NCBI GenBank assembly: GCA_043797085.1
Contig: JAZDQA010000006.1
Span: forward strand, 1 to 64,000
Direction of reading: 5' to 3'
Source of the DNA: Pseudomonadota bacterium
GTDB taxonomy: Bacteria > Campylobacterota > Campylobacteria > Campylobacterales > Sulfurimonadaceae
DNA: 64,000 bases
Shown here: positions 9,943 through 20,136 of the stretch, piece by piece
Position numbering within the stretch: position 1 is the stretch's first letter
How the letters are laid out: each line of letters starts with the position of its first letter
Made by a program: the position numbers and the translations under genes
The notes under the pieces: generated by a model
Told to the model about the DNA's origin: nothing
Databases searched by the model: none
Seen by the model: the letters and a program-made list of their open reading frames with translations, nothing else

Positions 9943-12507
9943 CTATGCTCCTTTGATACTTATTTCTTTGTTTTTATCCATACTTACCCGAATCGAATGC
10001 AACGGAATATTTTCAACACTGCATTTCAAAACTTCTTGAGCCAACTTCGGCATCAGATTGATATTAATAATCAACTCTATATTACGTGCACCGGTATCTC
10101 TTGTATTACATAATGCGACGATATGTTCCAAAAGCGCCTCATCGTATTTAAATCCTATCTCACGAACCGCGAGCTGTTTTTCAATCCGCTTTAGTTTTAA
10201 AGTAATAATCTCTTTTAACGCTTCCGTACTCAAATTCATGTAAGGTATAACATTCATCCGTCCCAAAAGAGCCGGCTTGAGATAATCACTCAAAATCGGA
10301 AGAATTGCATTCGTAAGTGCTTCCAACTCAACATTTTCATATTCACCGCAAATCTGAGTTATCGCATCAGTAGCAAGGTTGGATGTCATTAAAATAATCG
10401 TATTTTTAAAATCGATTGCTCGCCCTTCCCCGTCATTGACCGTCCCTTTGTCAAATATCTGATAAAAAAGATTCAGAATATCCGGATGCGCTTTTTCGAT
10501 TTCATCGAACAATACAACTGAATACGGTTTAATTCGCACAGGATCGGTAAGCTGTCCTCCGTCTCCATACCCAACATACCCAGGAGGGGAGCCGATTAGT
10601 CGCGATACCGTATGTTTTTCTTGAAATTCGGTCATATTGATCGTGGTTAGAAACTGCTCTCCACCATATAAAAGATCGGCGATGGCACGAGCTGTTTCCG
10701 TTTTACCGACACCGCTGGGACCAACGAGCAAAAATACCCCAGTAGGAGCATTTTCATTTTTTAGCCCCGCAGCAGAAATTTGTAAAAAAGTATTGAGATA
10801 TTTGATCGCTTGATCTTGTCCAATAACCCGTTGCGTCATTTGCTCTTGAAGTGTCATCAAGTTTTTAGCCTGTTCACGCACCATATTTCCCAGTGGTATT
10901 CCAGTCCATGAAGAGATCACTTCAGCGATCTGTTCCGCAGTGACATTATCATAGACATAACGACATTGTTCTTGCATGGCGAGAAGTTTTTGATGCTCTT
11001 TCGCTGCCCCTTCTTTTTTTCCCAAGATACGGAGAGTGGCAATTTCTTCTACGAGTTTCTTTTGTTTTTCGTATTCAATTTCACTTTTTTTGAGCTCTTT
11101 TTCTAACTGTCTTATTTCTCCATTTAAATGCTTGATCCGTTTAGAATAATCTTTTAGACCATTCCCCTCATCACGGCTCAAAAGATCAATTTCTTGTGTA
11201 ATTTTGAGCTTTTCATTTTCAAGACGTGAAATTGCATACGGTCTGTTTGTTTTACTGATTTTGACGTTAGCACACGCGGTATCCAAAACATCGATCGCTT
11301 TATCCGGCAATTGACGTCCGGTAATGTAGCGTGCAGATAAAGCTGCGGCGGCTTGGATAGCAGCATCTTCGATGTACACGTCATGCTCTTGCTCATATTT
11401 ATGAGCAATTCCGCGTAAAATAGTTACAGCGTCCTCTACGCTTGGTTCTAAAAGATTTATTTTTTGGAACCGACGTGAAAGTGCGGGATCTTTTTCAAAA
11501 TATTTTCGGTATTCGAGCCACGTCGTAGCCGCAATAGTACGTAATTCACCCCGTGCCAGAGCAGGTTTAAGAAGATTAGCAGCGTCGCTTCCCCCTTCAT
11601 TTCCACCTGCTCCGATTAGGGTATGCGATTCATCGATAAATAAAATAATAAACTGTGTACTGGATTGAATAGCGTTGATGACCGATTGTAAACGTCGTTC
11701 AAACTCTCCCTTAACACTCGCACCGGCTTGCATCGCACCCAAATCTAACGAAAGCACTTTTGCACCGTAGAGCTGAATCGGAACGTCCTGATTAATTATT
11801 TTAAGCGCCAAACCCTCAACCACTGCCGTTTTACCTACACCCGCTTCTCCGACAAGTATCGGATTGTTTTTTCGGCGACGCAAAAGAATGTCTATAGCTT
11901 GGCGAATCTCGTCATCACGGCACAATACCGGATCGATTTTACCCTCAACAGCCAACTCGGTCATATCGGTCGTATATTTTTCGAGATCCTCCCCCGAAGT
12001 ACTCATCGAAGATTTTGCTGAAGGTTTGGATCGTACGGATTGTGCGGCTTCAGCCGTTAATCCCTCAATGAGCGTATATGCTTGAGCGGCATCAACCGTT
12101 TCAAGGATTTTAAAATAAGCTGTATTTGAATATTTAGCACCGTTTTGCAGCAAACTCATCATTAGTACCGATTCATTTACCTCATTAAGCGCCATTTCCA
12201 ATTTGGCAAGCATATACGCATCTTCAAGCCATTGAATCAACGTGGATGAGAAAACAGGGCTGCTACTCTCACTACTGTGTGATTTCACTCCGTTTTGGAG
12301 AGCTTTTAACATTTTTTCCGGAGCTATCTCATAATGTTTAAGTAATCCGGTAAGGAGACTGTACTCGTTTTCAAGCATTACAAAGAGTAAATCTTCGATC
12401 AATATTTCACCGCCGCCACGTGAAATACACCGCTGTGCTGCATTTTGAAGATTTTGTTTCGCAATCGCGTCTAATGTTTCAATCAACTTTTTTAACTCAA
12501 TTTTCAA
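9943..12507 (-). CDS. tssH: T6SS AAA+ ATPase ClpV (TssH)
   Basis: Two Walker A motifs (GEAGVGKT, GPSGVGKT), LLRRRKNNPILV, AANLLKPALARGELR, GQLTDPVR; TTG start with AAGGA RBS. Confidence 0.97.
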   Translation of the reverse strand: MKIELKKLIETLDAIAKQNLQNAAQRCISRGGGEILIEDLLFVMLENEYSLLTGLLKHYEIAPEKMLKALQNGVKSHSSESSSPVFSSTLIQWLEDAYMLAKLEMALNEVNESVLMMSLLQNGAKYSNTAYFKILETVDAAQAYTLIEGLTAEAAQSVRSKPSAKSSMSTSGEDLEKYTTDMTELAVEGKIDPVLCRDDEIRQAIDILLRRRKNNPILVGEAGVGKTAVVEGLALKIINQDVPIQLYGAKVLSLDLGAMQAGASVKGEFERRLQSVINAIQSSTQFIILFIDESHTLIGAGGNEGGSDAANLLKPALARGELRTIAATTWLEYRKYFEKDPALSRRFQKINLLEPSVEDAVTILRGIAHKYEQEHDVYIEDAAIQAAAALSARYITGRQLPDKAIDVLDTACANVKISKTNRPYAISRLENEKLKITQEIDLLSRDEGNGLKDYSKRIKHLNGEIRQLEKELKKSEIEYEKQKKLVEEIATLRILGKKEGAAKEHQKLLAMQEQCRYVYDNVTAEQIAEVISSWTGIPLGNMVREQAKNLMTLQEQMTQRVIGQDQAIKYLNTFLQISAAGLKNENAPTGVFLLVGPSGVGKTETARAIADLLYGGEQFLTTINMTEFQEKHTVSRLIGSPPGYVGYGDGGQLTDPVRIKPYSVVLFDEIEKAHPDILNLFYQIFDKGTVNDGEGRAIDFKNTIILMTSNLATDAITQICGEYENVELEALTNAILPILSDYLKPALLGRMNVIPYMNLSTEALKEIITLKLKRIEKQLAVREIGFKYDEALLEHIVALCNTRDTGARNIELIININLMPKLAQEVLKCSVENIPLHSIRVSMDKNKEISIKGA

Positions 12508-12528
12508 TTATTTTCCTTTTTGTGAATT

Positions 12529-14076
12529 TTAAAATTTTGTAGGCGGTATCGCTCTACCTTTATTCGGGTAAATTTCTCTCTCTACGATAATCTTGCCTGA
12601 TTTGGTTCTAGCATATCGTGTATCATTTCCTCCGATACCATCCGGGCTATCATCTAAAAGGACCGCCGGGATACTAGTATTTCCATCATAGTGGGTATCC
12701 CTCTCATCCTGGTCAACAGCAGAGTGATGAAAATATTTCACCCTTAACTTTTGCATCCCTTTAAATGACATAGCCTTGGATGGGTTAGCTTTGGTATGAA
12801 TGTTATATTCTTTCATGGAAGCAGGCATAGGTGTAGAGATAGGCTTGAACGGCACTTTATGCTGTATCGCCTCTTCGTACATGCGGTGTAGCGTGATATA
12901 AGTTATCTCATTGGTCACTTCACGATTATTAAAAGCATGGGTATGGTGCACTCTGTTCATAACTTTGCCCAGTAAGTTAACTCTAGGTTCTGGAATCCGA
13001 TAAAATTGCCATCCTGATGATAGACTTTTTTTAGCTTGTTCAATAGCTAATTCTGAATCGTAGTATGAGACGAAACGTCCTATTGCGAATCTATGCTTTT
13101 CAATCATCTTTGGTTTATATCCACCTCCAATATCTGAGTGGACTCCACCGTATGTCCATTCCTGATGTCCAGTACTTGGGTCTTTACTGGCAAGATTGCT
13201 GAGAGAACTGAGTGGAAAGTTTTTACGTACTTCATCACTAGCTACCATATGGACTATTTTTTTAGCTGAATTATGGGCTAAAACGAAGTTGTAAGGTTCA
13301 AATCCTTGTGATGCTTTGATAAATGTTACCGTATAAAATGTTTTATCAGATAACCACTGTTTGCTCTCTTTTACTTCCCATCCGTTCTTCATCATACTCT
13401 TTATAAGAGCTGTCTTATTCTCATTACCGTGCACCGTTTTAACACTTTCGACACTGTTGTTGGATAAACCATCGGGTGTATAAATACCTTTTTTAGCATG
13501 TTCGACATAATGGGTATTTGCCTCATCATCTGTATTGGCATCAATTGGTTTGTAGTTAATGTTATCTCCGGCAATGCCGAATGATCCGACGGTGTCATAA
13601 AGTCCTACGAAGTTAATGCGGACTTTAGTGAGACCAAACTTTTCATTCTTTTTATAAAAGGTATTGATAAAATCGCGTGCCATTGCCGCTCCTCGGCTAA
13701 AGCCGAAGACATCGATGATTCGTTCGCGGTAGCCTTCACCATTCTTTTCGGAAGCTACTGGGTAATCATTATTGAGCAATGAAACTAATTTATCAATGGT
13801 CTCGTTAATCCGTTTAGCTCCACCTCCACCTGCCCCTTTTTCATACTTTCTATCAACAAATTTACCTCCATCATTATAAGTACCCACGCCTTCTTTATAA
13901 ATCTTATCACCATAATGATCACACTGTTCATTTGACCAATTAGTAACTTTACCATGGATATAGAGTTCACTGAGTTTGGCTATATTGCTTTCAGATCCTT
14001 TGGGGGTATCGTTGTACTTATTATTTCCCGTTCCGTCGAAAAACACACCGATGTGTACCACTTTGCATTTAGCCAT
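12529..14076 (-). CDS. DUF2235 alpha/beta-hydrolase, Tle1-like T6SS phospholipase effector
   Basis: GVFFDGTGNN, SNIAKL, EGVGT, DVFGFSRGAAMARDF (GxSxG), FVGLYDTVGS, DEVRKNFPL, GVHSDIGGGY; no signal peptide. Confidence 0.88.
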   Translation of the reverse strand: MAKCKVVHIGVFFDGTGNNKYNDTPKGSESNIAKLSELYIHGKVTNWSNEQCDHYGDKIYKEGVGTYNDGGKFVDRKYEKGAGGGGAKRINETIDKLVSLLNNDYPVASEKNGEGYRERIIDVFGFSRGAAMARDFINTFYKKNEKFGLTKVRINFVGLYDTVGSFGIAGDNINYKPIDANTDDEANTHYVEHAKKGIYTPDGLSNNSVESVKTVHGNENKTALIKSMMKNGWEVKESKQWLSDKTFYTVTFIKASQGFEPYNFVLAHNSAKKIVHMVASDEVRKNFPLSSLSNLASKDPSTGHQEWTYGGVHSDIGGGYKPKMIEKHRFAIGRFVSYYDSELAIEQAKKSLSSGWQFYRIPEPRVNLLGKVMNRVHHTHAFNNREVTNEITYITLHRMYEEAIQHKVPFKPISTPMPASMKEYNIHTKANPSKAMSFKGMQKLRVKYFHHSAVDQDERDTHYDGNTSIPAVLLDDSPDGIGGNDTRYARTKSGKIIVEREIYPNKGRAIPPTKF

Positions 14077-14969
14077 TATTGTCCCTCTTCTGAGAAATTC
14101 TCATCCTGAGTAAGACTCCCTTGTGCTCGAACCGGACGATCTGGATAGGGGAGATGGGCAAGAGAATCTTTCAGCCACCAATCAGTCATTGGATTTCCAC
14201 TAATGCTAACATTCTTACCGTAAACAGTGAAATCAATATATTCAACAGCTTCACCAGCATATGCCATAGATACACTATCTGGTAGTTTGATAAAATCGAC
14301 AATGTATTGCCATTTGGGATCACGGTCGAAATTCAAACCAATACGTCCGCACAGTTCAATAAATTGTTGGGCTTCGCGTATCGTACTGGAAACACAGTAA
14401 GGCTTACCGCTTTTATCAAGAAGAATTTCGTCTTTATATCGATACGGATTTTCTGATATCTCTGTGCGTTTCTTTTTTAACCCGTAACCGTATTTCATCG
14501 CTTTAGCAACACACAGCCTCATCCATCGGTGTCTCACCGCACGCGGAGTATCCCCCCAAAACCCGGGATATTGCTCTTCCATCTTTACTTCCATCTCTTT
14601 GTACCACTGTTTAACGGTGACTTTATCCATCCACACGTAGTCTACTTCGGTTAATACATAATGTTCCATTTTTTCTTTCCTCTCTTTATCTTCCATGTTG
14701 TTTATTCGTTCAAGGTTATTGTATTTCTTCTCATCCCAGTCATAAAAAACAAATTTAGCATCCGCTAAAGGTTCATTGCCTTTGAGTATCTTAGGATCAC
14801 GACTCTCGGGCAGACACTCGAATTTCAGATAATCGGTGCAGTATCGCCCCTTTGCAAATATGGCAGGGTTATGGGTTGGGAGATTCGCTGTATCGATATG
14901 ACGCGGGTTGTTATTGCAAGCGGCAAAAAACAGTGGAATAAGTAGTAGTAATAATGGTTTAAATGTCAT
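14076..14969 (-). CDS. Lipoprotein coupled to the DUF2235 effector; candidate immunity or accessory protein
   Basis: Signal peptide with lipobox FAAC; its stop overlaps the effector start (TAATG). Confidence 0.7.
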   Translation of the reverse strand: MTFKPLLLLLIPLFFAACNNNPRHIDTANLPTHNPAIFAKGRYCTDYLKFECLPESRDPKILKGNEPLADAKFVFYDWDEKKYNNLERINNMEDKERKEKMEHYVLTEVDYVWMDKVTVKQWYKEMEVKMEEQYPGFWGDTPRAVRHRWMRLCVAKAMKYGYGLKKKRTEISENPYRYKDEILLDKSGKPYCVSSTIREAQQFIELCGRIGLNFDRDPKWQYIVDFIKLPDSVSMAYAGEAVEYIDFTVYGKNVSISGNPMTDWWLKDSLAHLPYPDRPVRAQGSLTQDENFSEEGQ

Positions 14970-14980
14970 AATTCTTTCCC

Positions 14981-15976
14981 TTAACTCGCAAATATAACTT
15001 CTAAATTTCCCTGAGGGATACCGATAACACTGTTAACGCCGAGATATCCGCTCTGTATGTCAGAGAGAATGCATTTTTGTATATCTTTTCTCGGTATTTT
15101 GAGGGCAACGTCGTATTTCAAAGGTTCATCAAGCATGAACGCTATCAAATCGTTTATCTCTTTCATTTTGCTTCCCTCAACACCGTACGCCACCAATTCT
15201 TCCCAGTGTGCTTCGTTTAATACGATTCGAAATTTGGTAGAGTTGGTTTTAATCGATTCTCCTGCGAGAAAATCTTTTCCCAGTGAACAGTTCTCATCCC
15301 CCAAGCGACTGTATTGCCACTGTGGGATTGCTACCGTATCGGTTATGCATTGCCGTATCTCAATATCATTGTGAGAGAGGTAATGTCGCAAAATCGCCAA
15401 AAGCATCCCCGATGATTTTTGACGCATGGTCAATACTCCAAGGTACGGCATTAACTTTTGTAAATCCAGCGTCGATGCTTTAGTTTCATGCTCGCTGTAC
15501 AACCCTAATAAAGAAAGTATGTATTTCGAAAAAGGGTCTTTGAGATTGTTCTGGTACTGGATGTAATAGCGATGTTTAACCCATATCGGATAGACGAATT
15601 TTTGAATATTATGATTAAATACGTCCAAAAAATCGCGTAATATATGGTCTGTATCGGCACTTTCTAATACCATTTCACAATAATGCGATGGCAAAGGAGA
15701 GCCACTCCCGAATATAGCCAAAAAGTTGAGCGTCAACTCAATATAAGCACCGTCATTGTTATGCTGTAATGTGGCGGAAGACAATTCTGACTTTTGGAAA
15801 GCCAAACTAGGGTTGGCTCTAAAATGGATTTTTTTATACAGATTATCAACATCTAATTTTGGATAAAAATGGCGTAAATACTGAACACAAAGACGTATTG
15901 CTTGTGGCAATGACGCTTTGGCTACCACATCTTTTAATTCTTTGCTTATCTCTTGAGTCGTCATCCATACACTCAC
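14981..15976 (-). CDS. tssG: T6SS baseplate TssG
   Basis: FRANPSLAF, GSGSPLPSHY, LRDFLDVFNH, SRLG-x3-CSLG motifs. Confidence 0.95.
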   Translation of the reverse strand: MSVWMTTQEISKELKDVVAKASLPQAIRLCVQYLRHFYPKLDVDNLYKKIHFRANPSLAFQKSELSSATLQHNNDGAYIELTLNFLAIFGSGSPLPSHYCEMVLESADTDHILRDFLDVFNHNIQKFVYPIWVKHRYYIQYQNNLKDPFSKYILSLLGLYSEHETKASTLDLQKLMPYLGVLTMRQKSSGMLLAILRHYLSHNDIEIRQCITDTVAIPQWQYSRLGDENCSLGKDFLAGESIKTNSTKFRIVLNEAHWEELVAYGVEGSKMKEINDLIAFMLDEPLKYDVALKIPRKDIQKCILSDIQSGYLGVNSVIGIPQGNLEVIFAS

Positions 15977-17745
15977 ATCAAAGGCTGATAGCCCATTTTA
16001 GGCTGCCATTTAAATGTATCGTGATCAATCATTTTTACCTCTAAGCGATGAAATGAATTGATATTGCAATAGAGCGCAAAAAACTCATTCAAAACGCAAC
16101 ACAGTAGATACGCTTCACCGATACCCGTAAATTTGGCAACATCAATCTCCAAACGGGTATGAATACCTCGAATGGGGAATCCTTCATAGATCATCTCTGT
16201 TTTATCATGCGATATGCTAACGAGTCCTTTAAGCATCAACGCATTTTTATTTTTCAATTTGAGATCATGCGCACCCGGAAAATCATACGTGCTTAAGATC
16301 GATCCCAGTGTTTTAATATCCGTTAATGAGAGGTAATTCAACGACATATTCGAAATAACCCGCCATAAAAAATCTTTGCCAATCGGTGGCGGATAGCTCT
16401 CGGTAGGTATAGTGATGTTTTTAAATTTTAGATGCGCTACGTTTGAATGCGGGTTGGATACATTGATCTGACCCAACTGCAACGCGGATGGCAGTGATCG
16501 GTTTGTACACAACAGTTTTACCGAAACGGTTGCATTCGCATAATCATTTTTTTCATACATCCCCTCCGCAGAAGCAAATCGGATATAACTATGGGTACGT
16601 TCACCATCATCAGAAAGTTTTATACGCAGCGAATAATATTCATCATGATCACCGTAACCGAAGGATTCAAACGGCAAAAAATCTTCATAGACATTCTTAC
16701 TCGGTATCCATCCTCGGACACCCTCTACCAAAAAAACTTCACTCGCTTCACGTTCATATTCCGAAGCACTCAGAAGATACTCTTCTTGCAGCGATGTTTT
16801 ACGGATTGGGATAGCATCTACCTCAAACAAATTGATAATCGGTGTGCAATAAAGAGCAAAATTTTCTTTACTTAATGTTTGCGCAGAAACAAGACGTTTG
16901 GAAAAATGAAACCGCATTCTAAACTGTCGGCTTTGCTCCAAAACATCTTTTTCAACACCTAATATTGCATCAAGATGGTTAATGTCGATAAAGAGATATT
17001 TTTGTTCAAACGAAAAATACTCTTGTAAAACGACATAACCGTCGAAAATATTCTGAGGATACGGAACCATTCGTTCATTGACTTTAAAACCAACCGGAGT
17101 AATAGAACGATTTGGAATTTGAAGTGTTTGTAACGGCTCTTCTTTATAATCAAGAATCTCTATCTCTATCTTTTCAACATACTCTAAAAGATAGAGATAA
17201 AGTTCGTTAGAGACAAAACGGGATCCGTTTAGGTAGACACGCAAGCTATCGAACAAACACAGATCTAATGAACCTTTGCAACTCATCACAAAATCAAGTT
17301 CTAATTGACCTTTATTTCCGTGTACATAATATCGGCTTTGAGAAAGCTCTATCGGATGAATAGTCGTGTCGTAACAAGTACGAAACTTATACTGTTCCCC
17401 ATCTTTCGTCATCTCACTAAGTACTTCACTTCCACGCTGTACAACCTCTGGAGCACGTTGATCACGTAAAGCCTCATATGCCACTACCGAATAAGACGGG
17501 ACGGGTCGAACATAATTCGGCCACAATAATTGCGCCAGATTATGGGAAACTTCTGGTAATTCTTCGTCTAACTGTTGACGTAAACGACCGGTAAGGAATG
17601 AGAATCCTTCAATCATCCTCTCTACATCCGGATCTTGCCCCTCTTTCGAAAGATAAGGTGAAAGTCCCGGATTTTTGAGTGCAAATTCTTCCCCTAGCTT
17701 ACGAAGAGAACCAAGTTCTTGAAGATAGTAGTTATTAATTGTCAT
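15973..17745 (-). CDS. tssF: T6SS baseplate TssF
   Basis: YYLQEL, DPDVERMIEGFSFLTGRL, LYCTPIINLF, WRVISNMSLNYLSL, INSFHRL. Confidence 0.96.
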   Translation of the reverse strand: MTINNYYLQELGSLRKLGEEFALKNPGLSPYLSKEGQDPDVERMIEGFSFLTGRLRQQLDEELPEVSHNLAQLLWPNYVRPVPSYSVVAYEALRDQRAPEVVQRGSEVLSEMTKDGEQYKFRTCYDTTIHPIELSQSRYYVHGNKGQLELDFVMSCKGSLDLCLFDSLRVYLNGSRFVSNELYLYLLEYVEKIEIEILDYKEEPLQTLQIPNRSITPVGFKVNERMVPYPQNIFDGYVVLQEYFSFEQKYLFIDINHLDAILGVEKDVLEQSRQFRMRFHFSKRLVSAQTLSKENFALYCTPIINLFEVDAIPIRKTSLQEEYLLSASEYEREASEVFLVEGVRGWIPSKNVYEDFLPFESFGYGDHDEYYSLRIKLSDDGERTHSYIRFASAEGMYEKNDYANATVSVKLLCTNRSLPSALQLGQINVSNPHSNVAHLKFKNITIPTESYPPPIGKDFLWRVISNMSLNYLSLTDIKTLGSILSTYDFPGAHDLKLKNKNALMLKGLVSISHDKTEMIYEGFPIRGIHTRLEIDVAKFTGIGEAYLLCCVLNEFFALYCNINSFHRLEVKMIDHDTFKWQPKMGYQPLM

Positions 17746-18154
17746 CTCTTAAAACCTTAACGGCACCGTTGCCTAATAAATTTGCTTTAAATGTCACTTT
17801 TTTGTTGATACGATGAAGATTTAAAAATCCTTCGATATGGACGTTCATCTCATTCACATAGAGCTGTTCACGTGATATTCCGACACGCGCATTAAAAAGG
17901 CGCGGTTCGTATTTTCGGATACAGATTTCCGCACTTTTTTCGATCATTTCAATGGAGTCTTTTTGACTCATATGAATGTTATTAAGATCCGGTCTTCCAT
18001 AATCTTGAACGGTCTCAGCGCTTCCGGCATTGGTTGAAAATATCCGAGAAAGATTATTGGCAATGGACTGGTACATCGCTTCTTCATCATTAGCCGCATG
18101 AATGGGCTTGGATGATGAGGATAAACGTTCAAAGAGACTTCCTTTATATGCCAC
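17735..18154 (-). CDS. tssE: T6SS baseplate TssE (gp25-like)
   Basis: SLFERL, DYGRPDL, IRKYEPRL; GTG start after AAGGAG. Confidence 0.93.
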   Translation of the reverse strand: MAYKGSLFERLSSSSKPIHAANDEEAMYQSIANNLSRIFSTNAGSAETVQDYGRPDLNNIHMSQKDSIEMIEKSAEICIRKYEPRLFNARVGISREQLYVNEMNVHIEGFLNLHRINKKVTFKANLLGNGAVKVLRDDN

Positions 18155-18157
18155 TGA

Positions 18158-19636
18158 CTACTCCTTGTCCAGTTTTCCTACAAGGGAAAGTTCGAAACTG
18201 GCACCCATGTATTTAAAGTGTGGGCGTAGAGACATCTTCACACGATACCAGCCTGGATCGCCCTCGACATCCTCGACTAAGATTTGTGCTTTTTTAAACG
18301 GACGTTTGCTACGGATTTCCGCACTCGGGTTTTCCTGATCGGCGATGTACTGTTTCACCCATTTGTTCAGCTCACGTTCCAAATCGGATCGTTCACGCCA
18401 TGAACCGATGTATTCACGTTGCAAAATTTTAATGTAATGCGACATACGGGTAATCGCAAACAAATATGGCAGCTGTGTTCCGAGTTTGTAATTCAACTCA
18501 GCTTCTTTGCCCTCAGGGGTATTGGCAAAAATTTTCGGAGCTTGTGCGGAATTAGCAGCGAAAAATGCTGCATTGTTACTCCCTTTGCGCATAGTTAACG
18601 GAATAAACCCTTGCTCGGAAAGTTCATATTCGCGACGATCCGATACCAATACTTCCGTCGGAATTTTCATCTCAACATCACCCATACTTTCAAACGTATG
18701 CACCGGAAGATCGGTAATCGCACCACCGCTACTTGGACCAATAATATTGGTACACCAGCGATAATTGGAAAAACTTTTGGTCAGCGCACTGGCAAAAGCA
18801 TAAACAGTATTGCCCCATAGATATGACTCGTGACTATTTGAAACATTTTCTTTGTAGACAAATTTTGCTACGGGATTATTTTCAGGATCATACGGTGCTC
18901 GAAGCAAGAAACGAGGTAAAGTCAAACCGACATAGCGCGCATCTTCATTATTTTCTCGAAACCCTCTCCATCCTGCGAACTGCGGAGAACTCATGACGTC
19001 TTGTAAATCTTTCAGATCCGGTAATCCTTCAAAACTTTCCAAACCAAAGAATTTAGGACCTGCAGCAGCAATAAACGGTGCATGACTCATTGCAGCTATT
19101 GATGCTACTTTATTTAAAAACTTTATATCAACATTGGAAGGAGAAAGCTGATAGTCAGCGATAATTGTTCCAACCGGCTGACCTCCAAATTGTCCGTATC
19201 CTGAACTGTAAATGTGCTTATACAAGCCTGATTGTGTAATGTCGAGGCACTCTTCAAAATCTTCTAAGAGCTCCTCTTTGGACACATTAATAATCTCCAT
19301 CATGATGTTTTGACGGAAATCTGTACGCTCCACCAACATATACAAGCCACGCCATTTGGATTCTAAGGCTTGGAACTGTTGCTGATGTAAAATTTCATCC
19401 ATTTGTGCACTGATTTTTGCATCAATCTGTGCAATCATCCGATCAATAATCGATTTATTGACCTTTTCTTCAGAATTTTCAGATTTTAATAGCTCACGAA
19501 TCAATGCACCGACACCGCTTTTAACGACACCGTAGGTTTCATCTTCACGTGTAAGATTAGTTTCTGCAATAATATTGTCTAAAAGATATCCATTTAATTC
19601 AACACCTTGAAGTTGCTGTCTTGTTTCAGTAGTCAT
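18158..19636 (-). CDS. tssC: T6SS sheath large subunit TssC (VipB)
   Basis: FQALESKWRGL, YGQFGGQP, AAMSHAPFI, LTLPRFLLR, YLWGN, RPHFKYMG. Confidence 0.97.
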   Translation of the reverse strand: MTTETRQQLQGVELNGYLLDNIIAETNLTREDETYGVVKSGVGALIRELLKSENSEEKVNKSIIDRMIAQIDAKISAQMDEILHQQQFQALESKWRGLYMLVERTDFRQNIMMEIINVSKEELLEDFEECLDITQSGLYKHIYSSGYGQFGGQPVGTIIADYQLSPSNVDIKFLNKVASIAAMSHAPFIAAAGPKFFGLESFEGLPDLKDLQDVMSSPQFAGWRGFRENNEDARYVGLTLPRFLLRAPYDPENNPVAKFVYKENVSNSHESYLWGNTVYAFASALTKSFSNYRWCTNIIGPSSGGAITDLPVHTFESMGDVEMKIPTEVLVSDRREYELSEQGFIPLTMRKGSNNAAFFAANSAQAPKIFANTPEGKEAELNYKLGTQLPYLFAITRMSHYIKILQREYIGSWRERSDLERELNKWVKQYIADQENPSAEIRSKRPFKKAQILVEDVEGDPGWYRVKMSLRPHFKYMGASFELSLVGKLDKE

Positions 19637-19645
19637 GTTTTTCCT

Positions 19646-20125
19646 TTATTCGGCTGATGTAAGTTCGTTCAAAAGTTTTTCACGCTCATCTTTATCAGAA
19701 ATTGCGTTTTCAATCGCTTTTCTAAACGCAGGGATATTGCCTAATGGCCCCTTTAGAGCAATCAGTGATTGTCGCAGTTGCATCAATTTTTTCATCTCAT
19801 CTACATTTTCAACAATGTTTTCAGGTGAAAAATCTTTCATACTTTCGATTTTAAGTGTGACATTCATATCACTTCCATCCTCCGTTAAACGGTTAGGCAC
19901 AACAAAATCCAGAGACAAGCCTTGATTACCGAGAACATCGTTAAAGTTATTTTTATTGATTGTTATAACTTTTTTCTCTTCAACCGGTTTTTTCTCTTCG
20001 TTAGGATTAAATTCTCCTAGTACCGTTATTTTGTATGGGATTTCAATCTCTTCATTCTGATCCCCCATTGCCGGTTTATAGGTAACGTTGATTCTTTCTT
20101 TTGGTGATTCGGACTGTTTTGTCAT
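19646..20125 (-). CDS. tssB: T6SS sheath small subunit TssB (VipA)
   Basis: PKERINVTY, VPNRL, MKDFSPENI, ALKGPLGNIPAFRK. Confidence 0.97.
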   Translation of the reverse strand: MTKQSESPKERINVTYKPAMGDQNEEIEIPYKITVLGEFNPNEEKKPVEEKKVITINKNNFNDVLGNQGLSLDFVVPNRLTEDGSDMNVTLKIESMKDFSPENIVENVDEMKKLMQLRQSLIALKGPLGNIPAFRKAIENAISDKDEREKLLNELTSAE

Positions 20126-20136
20126 TAAGACTCCTT

